NCBI GenBank assembly: GCA_016792605.1
Contig: JAEULC010000160.1
Span: forward strand, 1 to 42,884
Direction of reading: 5' to 3'
Length of the DNA: 42,884 bases
Origin: Rhodospirillales bacterium
Lineage (GTDB): Bacteria; Pseudomonadota; Alphaproteobacteria; JAEULC01
The position numbers and the translations under genes are program-made. Below the pieces are notes generated by a model. The model searched no databases, was not told the origin of the DNA, and saw only the letters and a program-made list of their open reading frames with translations. This document shows positions 21,019-30,399 of this stretch, one piece after another (position 1 is the first letter of the stretch; each line of letters begins with the position of its first letter).

Positions 21019-22212
21019 CTACCGCAACAGTTGAACAGTCGCCAGACCTAGGCACATGGCGGCTGCGAGGGGCGGCAGCAGATGAGGGACGGTAAAGCCG
21101 CGCGCCCTGGGGTGCAATCGCTGGAGGCGCCAGAGGCCGCCGGTGACAATGGCGAATACGAGCAGGGTCATGGTACTCGTGAGACCCGCCAGAAACGTCG
21201 TATCGAAGCTGAGCGTCAGCGCCAGCACGGCGACACCGGAAACGATGGTCGCGCGGACCGGGCCGACGGTGGCCGGATTGACCTTCGCCAGCCAGCCGGG
21301 CAGCCAGCCTCGGTGCGCCATGCCATACAGAAGGCGCGACAGCATCAGGATTTCGATCAATATGCCATTGGAGACCGCGATCAGCGCGATCGCGGCGATC
21401 AATGGCGGCGAATGCCAGCCGGCCCCCGCACCCACGTGGAGCAGCGGCGTCAGGCGGTCCGCGGACGGGTCTGCCGACAACGACGCCACCGCCACGATGG
21501 CAACCAGAATATAGAGCACCGTGCTCACCCCTACGCTCAGCAGGAGCGCCTGAGGCAAGGATTTTTCCGACTCGTGCGCCTCCTCCGCCATATTGGCGAG
21601 GTTCTCGAAGCCGATATAGGCGAAGAAACTGAGGAAGGCGCCGGTCGCGACGGCCACTGGCTTGAAGTCCGACAGCGCCTGCGGGGCCATCGCCAGGGCA
21701 TCGGCAACCGGGGGCACTCTTGCCCAACCGGCGACAACGACCAGAACGAGCCCGGCCACCTCGACGACCGTCATCGCTGTCGCGATCAGGACGCTGTCGC
21801 GAACACCGATGCAAGCAACGGTCGTGGCCGACAATATGATCGCCGCCATGATCGATGCTGGCGCGAGATCGAAGAAGTACTGCACATATCCGACGCTGCC
21901 CCGGGCGACGGCGGCGGTGCTGGTCAGCGTCACGGCCGCGACCGCGACGCCAATGACGCGCGAGAGAAGGTCCGAACCGAACGCCTCCTTGACGTAGGCG
22001 GCTGCACCTGCCGCCTCCGGAAAGCGTGCAGCCAGCTCCGCGTAGCACATCGCGGTCATCGCCGCGACCATCCCGGCCAGCAGGAACGACACCGGCGCAA
22101 ACGCGCCGGCCGCCGATACCACCGGACCGACCAGCACGTAAATGCCGGCGCCGACGATGACGCCAACCCCATAGCCGACGAGGAGAGGCACGCCTAGGAC
22201 ACGACGCAGCAT
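21019..22212 (-). CDS. APC-family amino acid permease
   Basis: 397 aa, highly hydrophobic with about 11-12 predicted TM stretches. It has the APC N-terminal block VGYGVGVIVGAGIYVL…YAELA…P.AGG.Y. Confidence 0.8.
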   Translation of the reverse strand: MLRRVLGVPLLVGYGVGVIVGAGIYVLVGPVVSAAGAFAPVSFLLAGMVAAMTAMCYAELAARFPEAAGAAAYVKEAFGSDLLSRVIGVAVAAVTLTSTAAVARGSVGYVQYFFDLAPASIMAAIILSATTVACIGVRDSVLIATAMTVVEVAGLVLVVVAGWARVPPVADALAMAPQALSDFKPVAVATGAFLSFFAYIGFENLANMAEEAHESEKSLPQALLLSVGVSTVLYILVAIVAVASLSADPSADRLTPLLHVGAGAGWHSPPLIAAIALIAVSNGILIEILMLSRLLYGMAHRGWLPGWLAKVNPATVGPVRATIVSGVAVLALTLSFDTTFLAGLTSTMTLLVFAIVTGGLWRLQRLHPRARGFTVPHLLPPLAAAMCLGLATVQLLR

Positions 22213-22282
22213 ATTTTAAGCTTAGACTAGAACTTGCCGTTGGTCAGAGCGACCCGGGATCGTCAGAGGGACTGACCGTCGC

Positions 22283-22296
22283 TTGACCTAGATCAT
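22283..22296. promoter_or_regulatory. FixK/FNR-like box TTGACCTAGATCAT (one half-site imperfect)
   Basis: Lies in the divergent region between the APC permease and the Lon-like protease. No convincing -10 at the class II spacing on either strand. Confidence 0.3.
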
Positions 22297-22374
22297 AGGT
22301 CGGACGGCAACAGCGTGACAAACTTCAATAATTGTTCAATCTTCCGCGCTGGGCATCAGGAGCTGGGGCGAGCC

Positions 22375-24843
22375 ATGCCGGAACTGTCACCCACGAATGG
22401 CGTCCTAACGACCGGCGCGGTGCGGCTGACTGCCGACGAAGCGCGACGTCGCTTCGATCCGCTGACGCTGCCGTTCCTGAGCGTGACCGAACTGGCCGAT
22501 CTTGCCGTCCCGCCGGGGCAAGAGGTCGCGATCGAGGCCCTGCAGTTCGGCGCCTCGATCCGGCACGCGGACTATCACATCTACGCGTTCGCCCCCACCA
22601 CCGAGACGCGTCAAGGGTTCGTGCACGACTTCCTGGCACAGCGCGCGGCAACGGAGCCAGCGCCGACCGACATCTGCTACGCCCACAACTTCGACAACCC
22701 GCAATGTCCGATCGCCCTGTCGCTGCCGGCAGGCCGGGGCGCGCAGCTCCGCGACGCGATGAAGAACCTGGTGCAGGAATTGCGCGCCACGTTGCCGGCG
22801 GCGTTCGAGAACGAGGACTATAGAACGCGACGTCAAGGCATCGACGAGCGCTTCAAGCAGAAGCATGAAGAGCCGTTCGAAGCGCTGCAGCAGCGTGCAA
22901 GGACGGAAGGGATCGCGATCATCCGGACGCCCATGGGCATCGCCTTCGCTCCGATGCGGGACGGAGAAGTGCTTCCGTCGCCCGAGTTTCAGGCATTGCC
23001 CGAGGCCGAGCGCGCGAAGATCACCGCGACCATCGAAAAGCTTCAGGAGGAGATGGAAAGGATCCTCCGACAGATACCGGTCTGGGCGCGCGAGCATCGC
23101 GATGAGATCCGTCGCCTCAATGGCGAGATCGTACGATACGCCGTCGCCCACATAATGGATGAACTCCGCAGTTCCTTCGCGGACGTGCCGCCTGTCACCT
23201 CGTATCTGGGGGCCGTCGAACAAGACTTGATCGGGAACGCCGACGATTTCTTGAGGACCGATGTCGGGCGGCAGGAGGGCGAACTTGGCCCTGTCGGCGA
23301 GGCGACGGGGGCCGACGGCATGGCTTTCCGACGCTATGGCGTGAACCTGCTGGTCGACAATGGCCGGATGACCGGCGCGCCGGTCATCTACGAAGACAAT
23401 CCCACCGTCCATTCGCTCATCGGGCGGATCGAGCACATCGCCCGGTTCGGGGCCCTGCTCACGGACTTTAACCTTCTCAAGGCGGGCGCCCTGCATCGGG
23501 CGAACGGCGGCTATCTGGTGCTCGACGCCGCCAAGCTAGTGCGAAACCCGCTGGCATACGAGGCGCTGAAACGCGCCCTGCGTGCGCAGGAGGTCCGCAT
23601 CCAGTCGCTTGAGCAGATGCTCAGCCTCACGGGAACAATCTCCCCTGATGCCCAGCCCGTTCCCCTTCGGGTCAAGGTGGTGCTCATCGGGCCACGCTGG
23701 CTGCACCACGCGCTCGCGCAAATCGATTCGGAATTCTCAGAACTATTCAAGGTCCAGGTCGACGTCGAGGATCAGGTGGACCGCAGCGCCGATCACGCCC
23801 TGATGGTGGCGCGGCTGATTGCCACCAACACACGGCGCCACAACCTGCGGCCGCTCACCCGCGACGCGGTGGCGCTCGTTCTGGAGCACCTGTCGCGGCA
23901 GTGCGGCGACAATCAGAAGTTCACCGTCGATACGCCGGAGATCGTCGACCTCCTGAAAGAGAGCGATCACTGGGCGACGCAGGCCGCCCGCACGGCCGTC
24001 GATCTTCCCGACGTGCAGCGAGCGATCGACTCGCGCCAGCGCCGCGCAGATCGCATCTATCGCCGCCTGCGCGAGCAGGTGCGCAATGGTGTTCTGAAGA
24101 TCGAGACGCAGGGCGCACGGATTGGCCAGGTGAACGGGCTGTCGGTCTTCACCGTCGGTGGGTTCAGCTTCGGCCATCCCAGCCGCATCACCGCGCAGGT
24201 ACGACGAGGCGCCGGCGGCGTGATCGACATCGAGCGCGAGGTGGAGTTGGGCGGGCGCCTTCATTCGAAGGGGGTGATGATCCTCGCGGGATTTCTCGGC
24301 GGTCGGTACATCCAGGACCGGCCGCTGCCGCTTCAGGCCAGCCTGGTGTTCGAGCAGTCCTACGGCCCGGTCGATGGTGACAGCGCATCGTCGGCCGAAC
24401 TCTTTGCGCTGCTATCCGCGATAGGACAATTGCCCGTCCGCCAGGACCTGGCGGTTACCGGGTCGGTCGACCAGCTAGGCAACATCCAGGCGATCGGCGG
24501 CGTCAACGAAAAGATCGAAGGCTTCTTCGACGTATGCGCGGAGGTCGGGCTGACGGGCCACCAGGGGGTGATCATTCCGGCGGCGAATGTCCGCCACCTG
24601 ATATTGCGCCAGGATGTGGTGAAGGCGGTCAGGGACGATCGCTTCGCGATCTATGCGGTTCGTACCGTCGACGATGGCATAGCGCTCCTGACTGGGCTGC
24701 CGGCCGGTATACCGGACGCGGGCGGCACCTATCCCGCCGCGACCGCGAATGCTGCAGTCGCGGCGCGGCTCGCGCGGTTCGCGAAAAAGGCCTCCAAGCC
24801 AGCGCAGAAGCGCGACGGCGGGTCGGATGACGACGAAAGGTGA
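22375..24843 (+). CDS. Lon-like serine protease (AAA_32/LonC-like N-terminal region + Lon proteolytic domain) lacking a Walker A P-loop
   Basis: ATG at 22375 with AGGAG 11 nt upstream. The C-terminal Lon protease domain has VDGDSASSAELFALLSA (Ser) and GGVNEKIEGFF (Lys). The N-terminal block GQEVAIEALQFGASIRHADYHIYAFAPTTETRQG occupies the place where family members carry GPPGxGK. No GK[ST] occurs anywhere in the 822 aa. Confidence 0.8.
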   Translation: MPELSPTNGVLTTGAVRLTADEARRRFDPLTLPFLSVTELADLAVPPGQEVAIEALQFGASIRHADYHIYAFAPTTETRQGFVHDFLAQRAATEPAPTDICYAHNFDNPQCPIALSLPAGRGAQLRDAMKNLVQELRATLPAAFENEDYRTRRQGIDERFKQKHEEPFEALQQRARTEGIAIIRTPMGIAFAPMRDGEVLPSPEFQALPEAERAKITATIEKLQEEMERILRQIPVWAREHRDEIRRLNGEIVRYAVAHIMDELRSSFADVPPVTSYLGAVEQDLIGNADDFLRTDVGRQEGELGPVGEATGADGMAFRRYGVNLLVDNGRMTGAPVIYEDNPTVHSLIGRIEHIARFGALLTDFNLLKAGALHRANGGYLVLDAAKLVRNPLAYEALKRALRAQEVRIQSLEQMLSLTGTISPDAQPVPLRVKVVLIGPRWLHHALAQIDSEFSELFKVQVDVEDQVDRSADHALMVARLIATNTRRHNLRPLTRDAVALVLEHLSRQCGDNQKFTVDTPEIVDLLKESDHWATQAARTAVDLPDVQRAIDSRQRRADRIYRRLREQVRNGVLKIETQGARIGQVNGLSVFTVGGFSFGHPSRITAQVRRGAGGVIDIEREVELGGRLHSKGVMILAGFLGGRYIQDRPLPLQASLVFEQSYGPVDGDSASSAELFALLSAIGQLPVRQDLAVTGSVDQLGNIQAIGGVNEKIEGFFDVCAEVGLTGHQGVIIPAANVRHLILRQDVVKAVRDDRFAIYAVRTVDDGIALLTGLPAGIPDAGGTYPAATANAAVAARLARFAKKASKPAQKRDGGSDDDER

Positions 24844-25654
24844 GTTTTCCCTGCGGCGGGTCGTCGTGGCGCTCGACGCCGCGGCCGACTTCGCGGCCGC
24901 GATCGAGATGGCCGCATCCATTGCGATTGCCTGGAGCGCCAGCCTGCGCGCCCTTTTCGTCGAGGACGAGAGCCTGTGGCGCCTGGCGAGCCTGCCATAC
25001 GCGCAGCAGGTGAACGCCATCACGGCGCTGCGCGACACGGTCGACGAGGCGGAGCTCGGCGCGCAACTCAAGCTCCTGGCGCGTCGGGCGCGTACGGACC
25101 TTGCGCGGATCGCCGAGGGCCATAGCCTCTCGTGGACTCTCGAACGCTTCAGGGCAGCCATCGGCCCCGATGCCCTGTCGCTCGGCAACGACGAACTGCT
25201 CGTCATTTCCGCCAAGTCGCGCTCGTCCGCGAACGCGCTGCGCCTGGGATCGCCATGGCGCCGTGTACTAGACCAGGTGAGTCAACCGTTTCTGCTGGTT
25301 CCGGAACGCCCGACGCCGCGCGGGCCCGTCGCGGTGCTCTGCGACGCCGCGAGCGGCGGGCTCGACGTGCTGGATGCATCCGCCCGCATCGCACGCGCAG
25401 GCAAGCGGCCCCTTATCGTCCTCACGCCCGAAGACCTGACGCAATCGCAGCTTGATGCGGCCGAGGACCTCGTCCGCTCCGTCGACGACCATGCGACGGT
25501 TATCCGCGTACCGGCAGGATCACATCAGGCGCTGGAAAAGGTCGTTGCCTCCGCGCGCGCGACCTTGCTGGTCATGAGCCGCGACCGACTTGTCGGCGAC
25601 AAGGCATCCGCGCCCGACCTGATTTCGCCGTCCAGCGCACTACTCGTTCTTTAG
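24827..25654 (+). CDS. Hypothetical protein, tandem USP-like (adenine-nucleotide alpha-hydrolase-like) pattern without ATP motif
   Basis: The ATG at 24827 overlaps the Lon-like stop by 17 nt. There are two halves with USP-like strand patterns (RRVVVALDAA…LRALFVED…ELLVISAKSR; PVAVLCDA…PLIVLTPE…TLLVMSRD). No G-x2-G-x9-G(S/T) motif is present. Confidence 0.5.
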   Translation: MTTKGEFSLRRVVVALDAAADFAAAIEMAASIAIAWSASLRALFVEDESLWRLASLPYAQQVNAITALRDTVDEAELGAQLKLLARRARTDLARIAEGHSLSWTLERFRAAIGPDALSLGNDELLVISAKSRSSANALRLGSPWRRVLDQVSQPFLLVPERPTPRGPVAVLCDAASGGLDVLDASARIARAGKRPLIVLTPEDLTQSQLDAAEDLVRSVDDHATVIRVPAGSHQALEKVVASARATLLVMSRDRLVGDKASAPDLISPSSALLVL

Positions 25655-25687
25655 GCGACCGGCGATCGCCGGAAAGGAGAAGAGGCC

Positions 25688-26131
25688 ATGAGGAACCCCA
25701 GGATACCCAAGACGCAAGCGTCGCTATCGAAGGGCCGCGCGCAGGGCGAGCCCGTCGAACTGGACGTGTCGACCGATCTCATTCGCACGCTGATCGAGAA
25801 GGCGCACGAGTTTCAGGCGAAGGTGGAGGTGGTCGAGCCGAATCCGGGCTCGAATCCATCCGACGGAGATATGCGGGAGGTGCTCGAGGACTACAGCGAC
25901 GACCCGGTGCATCAAGAGCTCCATGAGATGCTCGCGGACTTGAACCAGGACCAGCTGGCCGACCTGGTGACGCTGGTGTGGCTCGGGCGTGGCGACTTCA
26001 CGGCAGCGGAATGGGGCGACAAGCGGGTCGAAGCGCTGCGTCTGGATTTTCGCCGCGCACCCGACTACCTGATCGAAACCCCGCTCCTGGCCGACTATCT
26101 GGAGGAAGGGTTGTCGCTGCTCGGGCACTAG
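25688..26131 (+). CDS. DUF3775-family protein
   Basis: 147 aa, acidic. Recognised from …LIEKAHEFQAKV… and LVTLVWLGRGDFTAAEWG…PDYL…PLLADYLEEGL. Confidence 0.65.
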   Translation: MRNPRIPKTQASLSKGRAQGEPVELDVSTDLIRTLIEKAHEFQAKVEVVEPNPGSNPSDGDMREVLEDYSDDPVHQELHEMLADLNQDQLADLVTLVWLGRGDFTAAEWGDKRVEALRLDFRRAPDYLIETPLLADYLEEGLSLLGH

Positions 26132-26170
26132 ACATCGGGCGCGACGCACCCTCTTCCGGAGCGCTTGAGC

Positions 26171-26389
26171 ATGCCGTATGCCAGCCGCGAAGCCCTGCCC
26201 CCAGCCATACGCCGGCGCCTGCCGGCGCATGGCCAGGATATCTATCGCGAGGCGTTCAACCACGCCTGGGTCACCTATGCCGCACGAGCCGATCGCGAGC
26301 AGGTCTGCCATCGCGTTGCGTGGGCCGCGGTAAAGCGCCTTTACCGGCCCACCGGCACCATCTGGGTGCCAAAGGCGGATCGCCCTTAG
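26171..26389 (+). CDS. ChaB-family protein
   Basis: 72 aa. MPYASREALPPAIRRRLPAHGQDIYREAFNHAW…AWAAVKR is the typical ChaB pattern. Confidence 0.7.
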   Translation: MPYASREALPPAIRRRLPAHGQDIYREAFNHAWVTYAARADREQVCHRVAWAAVKRLYRPTGTIWVPKADRP

Positions 26390-26429
26390 CCCCCCGCTGC
26401 GCGCGGCGTGCCGTAGTAAGACGAGTCGG

Positions 26430-27758
26430 TCACGATCTCTTGGACGCGCGCTCCGTCGCTTTCTTTGTGGGCGCCTCCCATGACGCCCTCGGGGCATTCT
26501 GTCCGGCGACGGAGTACAGCGCGCCGGGCGCCTGGCGCGTCTTCTGAAACTCTTCCAACGTCTCGCCGCGCATGGCCGCATAGATGTGGAGGTTCGACAC
26601 GCCGACGACGGCGCCGAGCTTTTCAAGCATGAAGAAGATGGCGCCATGCTGGATCAGACCACGCCAGTCGCGGTCGCGGATCATGCGGCGCTCGTGCTCG
26701 GGCAGGTGGAATGCCTCGAACAGCGCTTCCGGATCCTCCAGAAACCGCCGGCGATGGTCCGGCTCGACCAAGCGGTGCAGGAAGTCGTTCAGCCGGAAAT
26801 GCTGCACCGACCGGTCGATCGTGAACGGGTAGGTGCCGGCAAGCTTCTCGACTCCGGCCAGTTCGCGCTTGATCCCCGCGCGATACCGCTCCTGCACCGG
26901 GCGGCTCTCCGCTTCCGCCGCGCCATCGGGTTCCCAGATGGCGGTGGCAATTCCCGTCATCGAAGGCAGGTAGTAGGTCCGGTGCAGGCAGAGGACTCCG
27001 GCCGGCAGCGCGCCGCGCATGATCAGCCACATGATCACTTCCGCGCCCTCGAACCCGCCGAGCGTCGCGAAGTCGGCATGGGTCATCCGCGTCAGCGCCA
27101 CGGGGTCGCGCTCGATCAGGTCGAGGAACTGCGCGTCCCAGGCCGTGTTGTTGAACCCGGCCCTCTCGCCATGGACCTGGTGCGACAGGCCGCCGGTCGC
27201 CACGATCGCGACGTTGATGTCCTCGGGATAGCTCTCGATCGCGCGCCGCAGCGCCTGCCCCAGCTTGTAGCACCGCGCCGCCGACGGGATCGGGAACTGC
27301 AGCACCCCAACCTGCAGCGGAATGATCGGCACCGGCCAGGCCGGCACGTGATCCATCAGCATGCAGAGCGGCGAGAAGCAGCCGTGGTCAAGCGGCTTCC
27401 CTTGAAAGAACGACATGTCGAACTCCTCGGCCATCAAGGCCCAGCCGACATGGCGCGCCAGGGCGGAGTGGCCGGCGATCGGAGGCAATGCCCGGGCTCC
27501 GCCGCCCTCGTCGGCAACCGACCACTGGTCGCCGATGCCGAGCGCGAAGGCCGAATAGTGGTCGAAGAAGAAGGACGTCACGTGGTCGTTGTAGATCAGC
27601 ACCAGCGCGTCGGGCTTGCGGCAGGCGATCCAGTCCTTCACCGGGCCGAAGGCGTCGAAGATTGGCTTCCAGACCGGGTCATCCTGCTTCTGCCGGTCGA
27701 ACGCAAAGCCGATGGTCGGTGTGTGCGAAGCGCCGATCGCGCCGATTATGCGTGCCAT
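26430..27758 (-). CDS. galA: Gallate dioxygenase-type class III extradiol dioxygenase (LigB-like N-domain fused to LigA-like C-domain)
   Basis: 442 aa. It opens ARIIGAIGASHTPTIGFA…LIYNDH…, with HQVHGERAGF. The C-terminal extension of about 120 aa resembles the small LigA subunit. It sits in an operon with galC/galB/galD-type genes. Confidence 0.8.
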   Translation of the reverse strand: MARIIGAIGASHTPTIGFAFDRQKQDDPVWKPIFDAFGPVKDWIACRKPDALVLIYNDHVTSFFFDHYSAFALGIGDQWSVADEGGGARALPPIAGHSALARHVGWALMAEEFDMSFFQGKPLDHGCFSPLCMLMDHVPAWPVPIIPLQVGVLQFPIPSAARCYKLGQALRRAIESYPEDINVAIVATGGLSHQVHGERAGFNNTAWDAQFLDLIERDPVALTRMTHADFATLGGFEGAEVIMWLIMRGALPAGVLCLHRTYYLPSMTGIATAIWEPDGAAEAESRPVQERYRAGIKRELAGVEKLAGTYPFTIDRSVQHFRLNDFLHRLVEPDHRRRFLEDPEALFEAFHLPEHERRMIRDRDWRGLIQHGAIFFMLEKLGAVVGVSNLHIYAAMRGETLEEFQKTRQAPGALYSVAGQNAPRASWEAPTKKATERASKRS

Positions 27759-27791
27759 GTCCGTCCTCCCTGGCGTTCTCGAGCGTTTCCT

Positions 27792-28502
27792 CTATCGGCG
27801 CGTCTTGCCGGTGCCGCCGCGCAGGCTGTCGACATAGACTAGGCCGGCGGCGGCGAGTGCCGGGCGCATGCCATACATGTCGAGACCCAGCTCTCCGGCG
27901 GCGAGCCGCTGGCGCTTCGATTCCTCGTTCTCCCGCCGCGCTTCCCCGGCCTTGCAGGCCGCTTCCACCTGCGCCAGCGGGACGACGACCACGCCGTCAT
28001 CATCCGCCACCACGACGTCCCCGGGATTGACGGCCGCGCCGGCGCAGACGACCGGCAGGTTGACCGAGCCGAGCGTCGCCTTGACGGTACCCTTGGCGCT
28101 GACCGCCTTCGACCAAGCCGGGAATCCCATCGCCTCCAGGGCGCGAACGTCGCGACAGCCGGCGTCGATCACGAGCCCCAGCACGCCGCGCGCCTTCAGC
28201 GACGTCGCCAGCAGCTCGCCAAACATGCCGTCGGTGTTGTCTGCGGTGCAGGCGACGACCAGCACGTCGCCTGCGCGGCACTGCTCGACGGCGACGTGGA
28301 TCATCCAGTTGTCGCCGGGCTGCGACAGGACCGTGACGGCGGGACCGGCGATCGCCGCCCCGCCCCATATCGGGCGCATATAAGGCTTCAGCAACCCGGA
28401 GCGGCCCAGGGCCTCGTGCACCGTCGACACACCCAGGGCGGCGAGCCTGTCGGCGAGCCCGGCCGCGGGCCGCGGAATGTTGCGGACGACGACGTTCTGC
28501 AT
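27792..28502 (-). CDS. galC: 4-carboxy-4-hydroxy-2-oxoadipate aldolase / oxaloacetate decarboxylase (RraA-like, LigK/GalC)
   Basis: The ATG at 28502 shares 1 nt with the galB stop. RraA-like blocks are [31 protein letters not shown] and [18 protein letters not shown]. Confidence 0.85.
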   Translation of the reverse strand: MQNVVVRNIPRPAAGLADRLAALGVSTVHEALGRSGLLKPYMRPIWGGAAIAGPAVTVLSQPGDNWMIHVAVEQCRAGDVLVVACTADNTDGMFGELLATSLKARGVLGLVIDAGCRDVRALEAMGFPAWSKAVSAKGTVKATLGSVNLPVVCAGAAVNPGDVVVADDDGVVVVPLAQVEAACKAGEARRENEESKRQRLAAGELGLDMYGMRPALAAAGLVYVDSLRGGTGKTRR

Positions 28503-29227
28503 CAACGCAGCTCTTCCACGACGTCCGGGAAGACGCGCTGATAGGCCTCGGCATAGGTCATCGGACGGCCTGAGTTCCGGCTGCCCTGCAAGCCCCGATT
28601 GAGCGCGACCCGCGTGTAGTACTCCCAGAGGTGCTTCTGCGCGGCGAGAACCTCGAACGCCTTGCGCTTCAGCTCCCAGACCGGATCAATGTTCAGGATG
28701 ACATTCGGCCGGAACTCGCACTGCTCCGGCTGGTGCGGCTCGAACAGGAAGACGGGCGGCGCGCTGTAGGCCCGCGACGGATCCGGCTTGTGGCCGGCCG
28801 CCTGGGCGATGACTCGCGCCTCCTGGGCGAACCGCGACGCCTCGGGGTGGTCGCCGTTGTAGGGATCGGCCGACGCGTGGGTCAGGACGAAGGACGGCTG
28901 CACCTCGCGGTAGATGTCCACCAGCCGATAAAGCATCTCCTCGCTGAGCCGCAGTGGGTAGTCGCCGGCATCGAAGAACTCGATCTCGGCTCCGAGGATC
29001 TGTGCCGCCTGTGCCGACTCATCATGGCGCTGGCGCTTGACGTCGGCCATGGCAACGCCCGGCTTCTTCCAGGCCCACTGGCTTTCGCCGCGTTCGCCAT
29101 AGGCAAGGCAGACGATCTTCACGCGGTAGCCCTTCTGCACATGAAGGGAGATTGCGCCCGCCGCGCGCCAGACGAAGTCGCCGGGATGGGCGGTCACGAC
29201 CAAGCCCGTCTTCTGTGCGCTCGTCAT
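28502..29227 (-). CDS. galB: 4-oxalomesaconate hydratase (PIG-L/LmbE-fold, GalB-type)
   Basis: 241 aa from the ATG at 29227. The PIG-L signature is [11 protein letters not shown]…YGERGES. Operon position supports the call. The listed 332-aa ORF has a non-coding-looking extension. Confidence 0.75.
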   Translation of the reverse strand: MTSAQKTGLVVTAHPGDFVWRAAGAISLHVQKGYRVKIVCLAYGERGESQWAWKKPGVAMADVKRQRHDESAQAAQILGAEIEFFDAGDYPLRLSEEMLYRLVDIYREVQPSFVLTHASADPYNGDHPEASRFAQEARVIAQAAGHKPDPSRAYSAPPVFLFEPHQPEQCEFRPNVILNIDPVWELKRKAFEVLAAQKHLWEYYTRVALNRGLQGSRNSGRPMTYAEAYQRVFPDVVEELR

Positions 29228-30318
29228 CACGCCACCATGTCCATCGTCAGTGCCGGCACCAGTATCCTGCCGTCGAACAGCGCCCGTGCCGTGCGCAGCA
29301 GGCTGGCCCGCTCGACCGTGGGGCGGTCGGATGTGCCGCCAACCTCGACGCGAACGCTGAACTCGCCGGTCGGGTGCTCGACGGAGACGAGCTTCGTCCG
29401 CCCGTCCGGCATCCGGGCCACGCGGAAGGCCGGCGAACCCGGCAGGACGGCTGCACTGGCGATGGTGACTGCCGCGAGCACGCCGATCGATGCGTGGCAT
29501 TCGTGGGGAATGAAGCAGCGCGTCGCGATCGCGCCGCCCCCGCGGGGTTCCGCAACCAGCGCCATCTTCGGCACGACCTTGCGCGCTACGTCACCGAGGT
29601 TCATCAGCGGACCCGCCGCGAGACGGATCTCCTCGACACGCGCCTTCACCGTGGCATTGCCGTTCAGCGCATCGCGCGGCTCGTGGCCGGTGCATCCGAC
29701 ATCGGCGGCGGCCAGAACGACCACGGGCATGCCGTTGTCGATCAGCGTGACGTCGACGCCCGCTACCCGGTCGACGACGTTGCCGGTCGGCAGCAGCGCG
29801 CCGCAGACCGAGCCGGCCGTGTCGAGGAACGCGATGTCGATCGGCGCCGCAGTTCCAGGCACGCCGTCGATCCTGGCCTCGCCGGCATAGTTCACCTGCC
29901 CTCCCGGCGTTTCGACGGTGAGGTCCGCCAGCGTGCCCGTGTTGACCGTCCGGACGCGGACCTTCGTGCGCGCCCCTCGCACCGGCACCAGGCCGCGCTC
30001 GATCGCGAAGGGCGCGACGCCGGCGAGGATGTTGCCGCAATTGGGGGTCGTGTCCACCTCGGCACGATCGATCCCCACCTGGCAGAAGAGGAAGTCGACG
30101 TCGCAGCCAGCCACGGCGGACTGCGAGACGATGGCCACCTTGCTGGTCAGCGGATGCGCGCCGCCGACACCGTCGACCTGGCGCGGATCCGGCGACCCCA
30201 TCGCCGCGAGCAGCACGCGGTCGCGCGCGCCCGGTTCCGACGGCAAATCATCGCCGAGAAAATAGGCGCCCTTCGACGTCCCGCCGCGCATCAACATGCA
30301 GCGTATGCCGGCCTGCAT
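29227..30318 (-). CDS. galD: 4-oxalomesaconate tautomerase (PrpF family, GalD-type)
   Basis: The ATG at 30318 gives MQAGIRCMLMRGGTSKGAYF, the PrpF N-terminal signature. The stop shares 1 nt with the galB ATG. Confidence 0.8.
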   Translation of the reverse strand: MQAGIRCMLMRGGTSKGAYFLGDDLPSEPGARDRVLLAAMGSPDPRQVDGVGGAHPLTSKVAIVSQSAVAGCDVDFLFCQVGIDRAEVDTTPNCGNILAGVAPFAIERGLVPVRGARTKVRVRTVNTGTLADLTVETPGGQVNYAGEARIDGVPGTAAPIDIAFLDTAGSVCGALLPTGNVVDRVAGVDVTLIDNGMPVVVLAAADVGCTGHEPRDALNGNATVKARVEEIRLAAGPLMNLGDVARKVVPKMALVAEPRGGGAIATRCFIPHECHASIGVLAAVTIASAAVLPGSPAFRVARMPDGRTKLVSVEHPTGEFSVRVEVGGTSDRPTVERASLLRTARALFDGRILVPALTMDMVA

Positions 30319-30399
30319 TTCCACTCCATAACGCACCGAGCTTTCCGCCCGGTGTTGGTGGCGGAAAAATCCAGCAAAGCCTAATATGAATCAAATGAG

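Noticed and set aside
22315-22374. GTG at 22315 as the start of the Lon-like protease (track ORF start)
   Set aside because: The first 20 codons (…NFNNCSIFRAGHQELGRA) are AT-rich leader-like sequence. The in-frame ATG at 22375 has an AGGAG Shine-Dalgarno at proper spacing.
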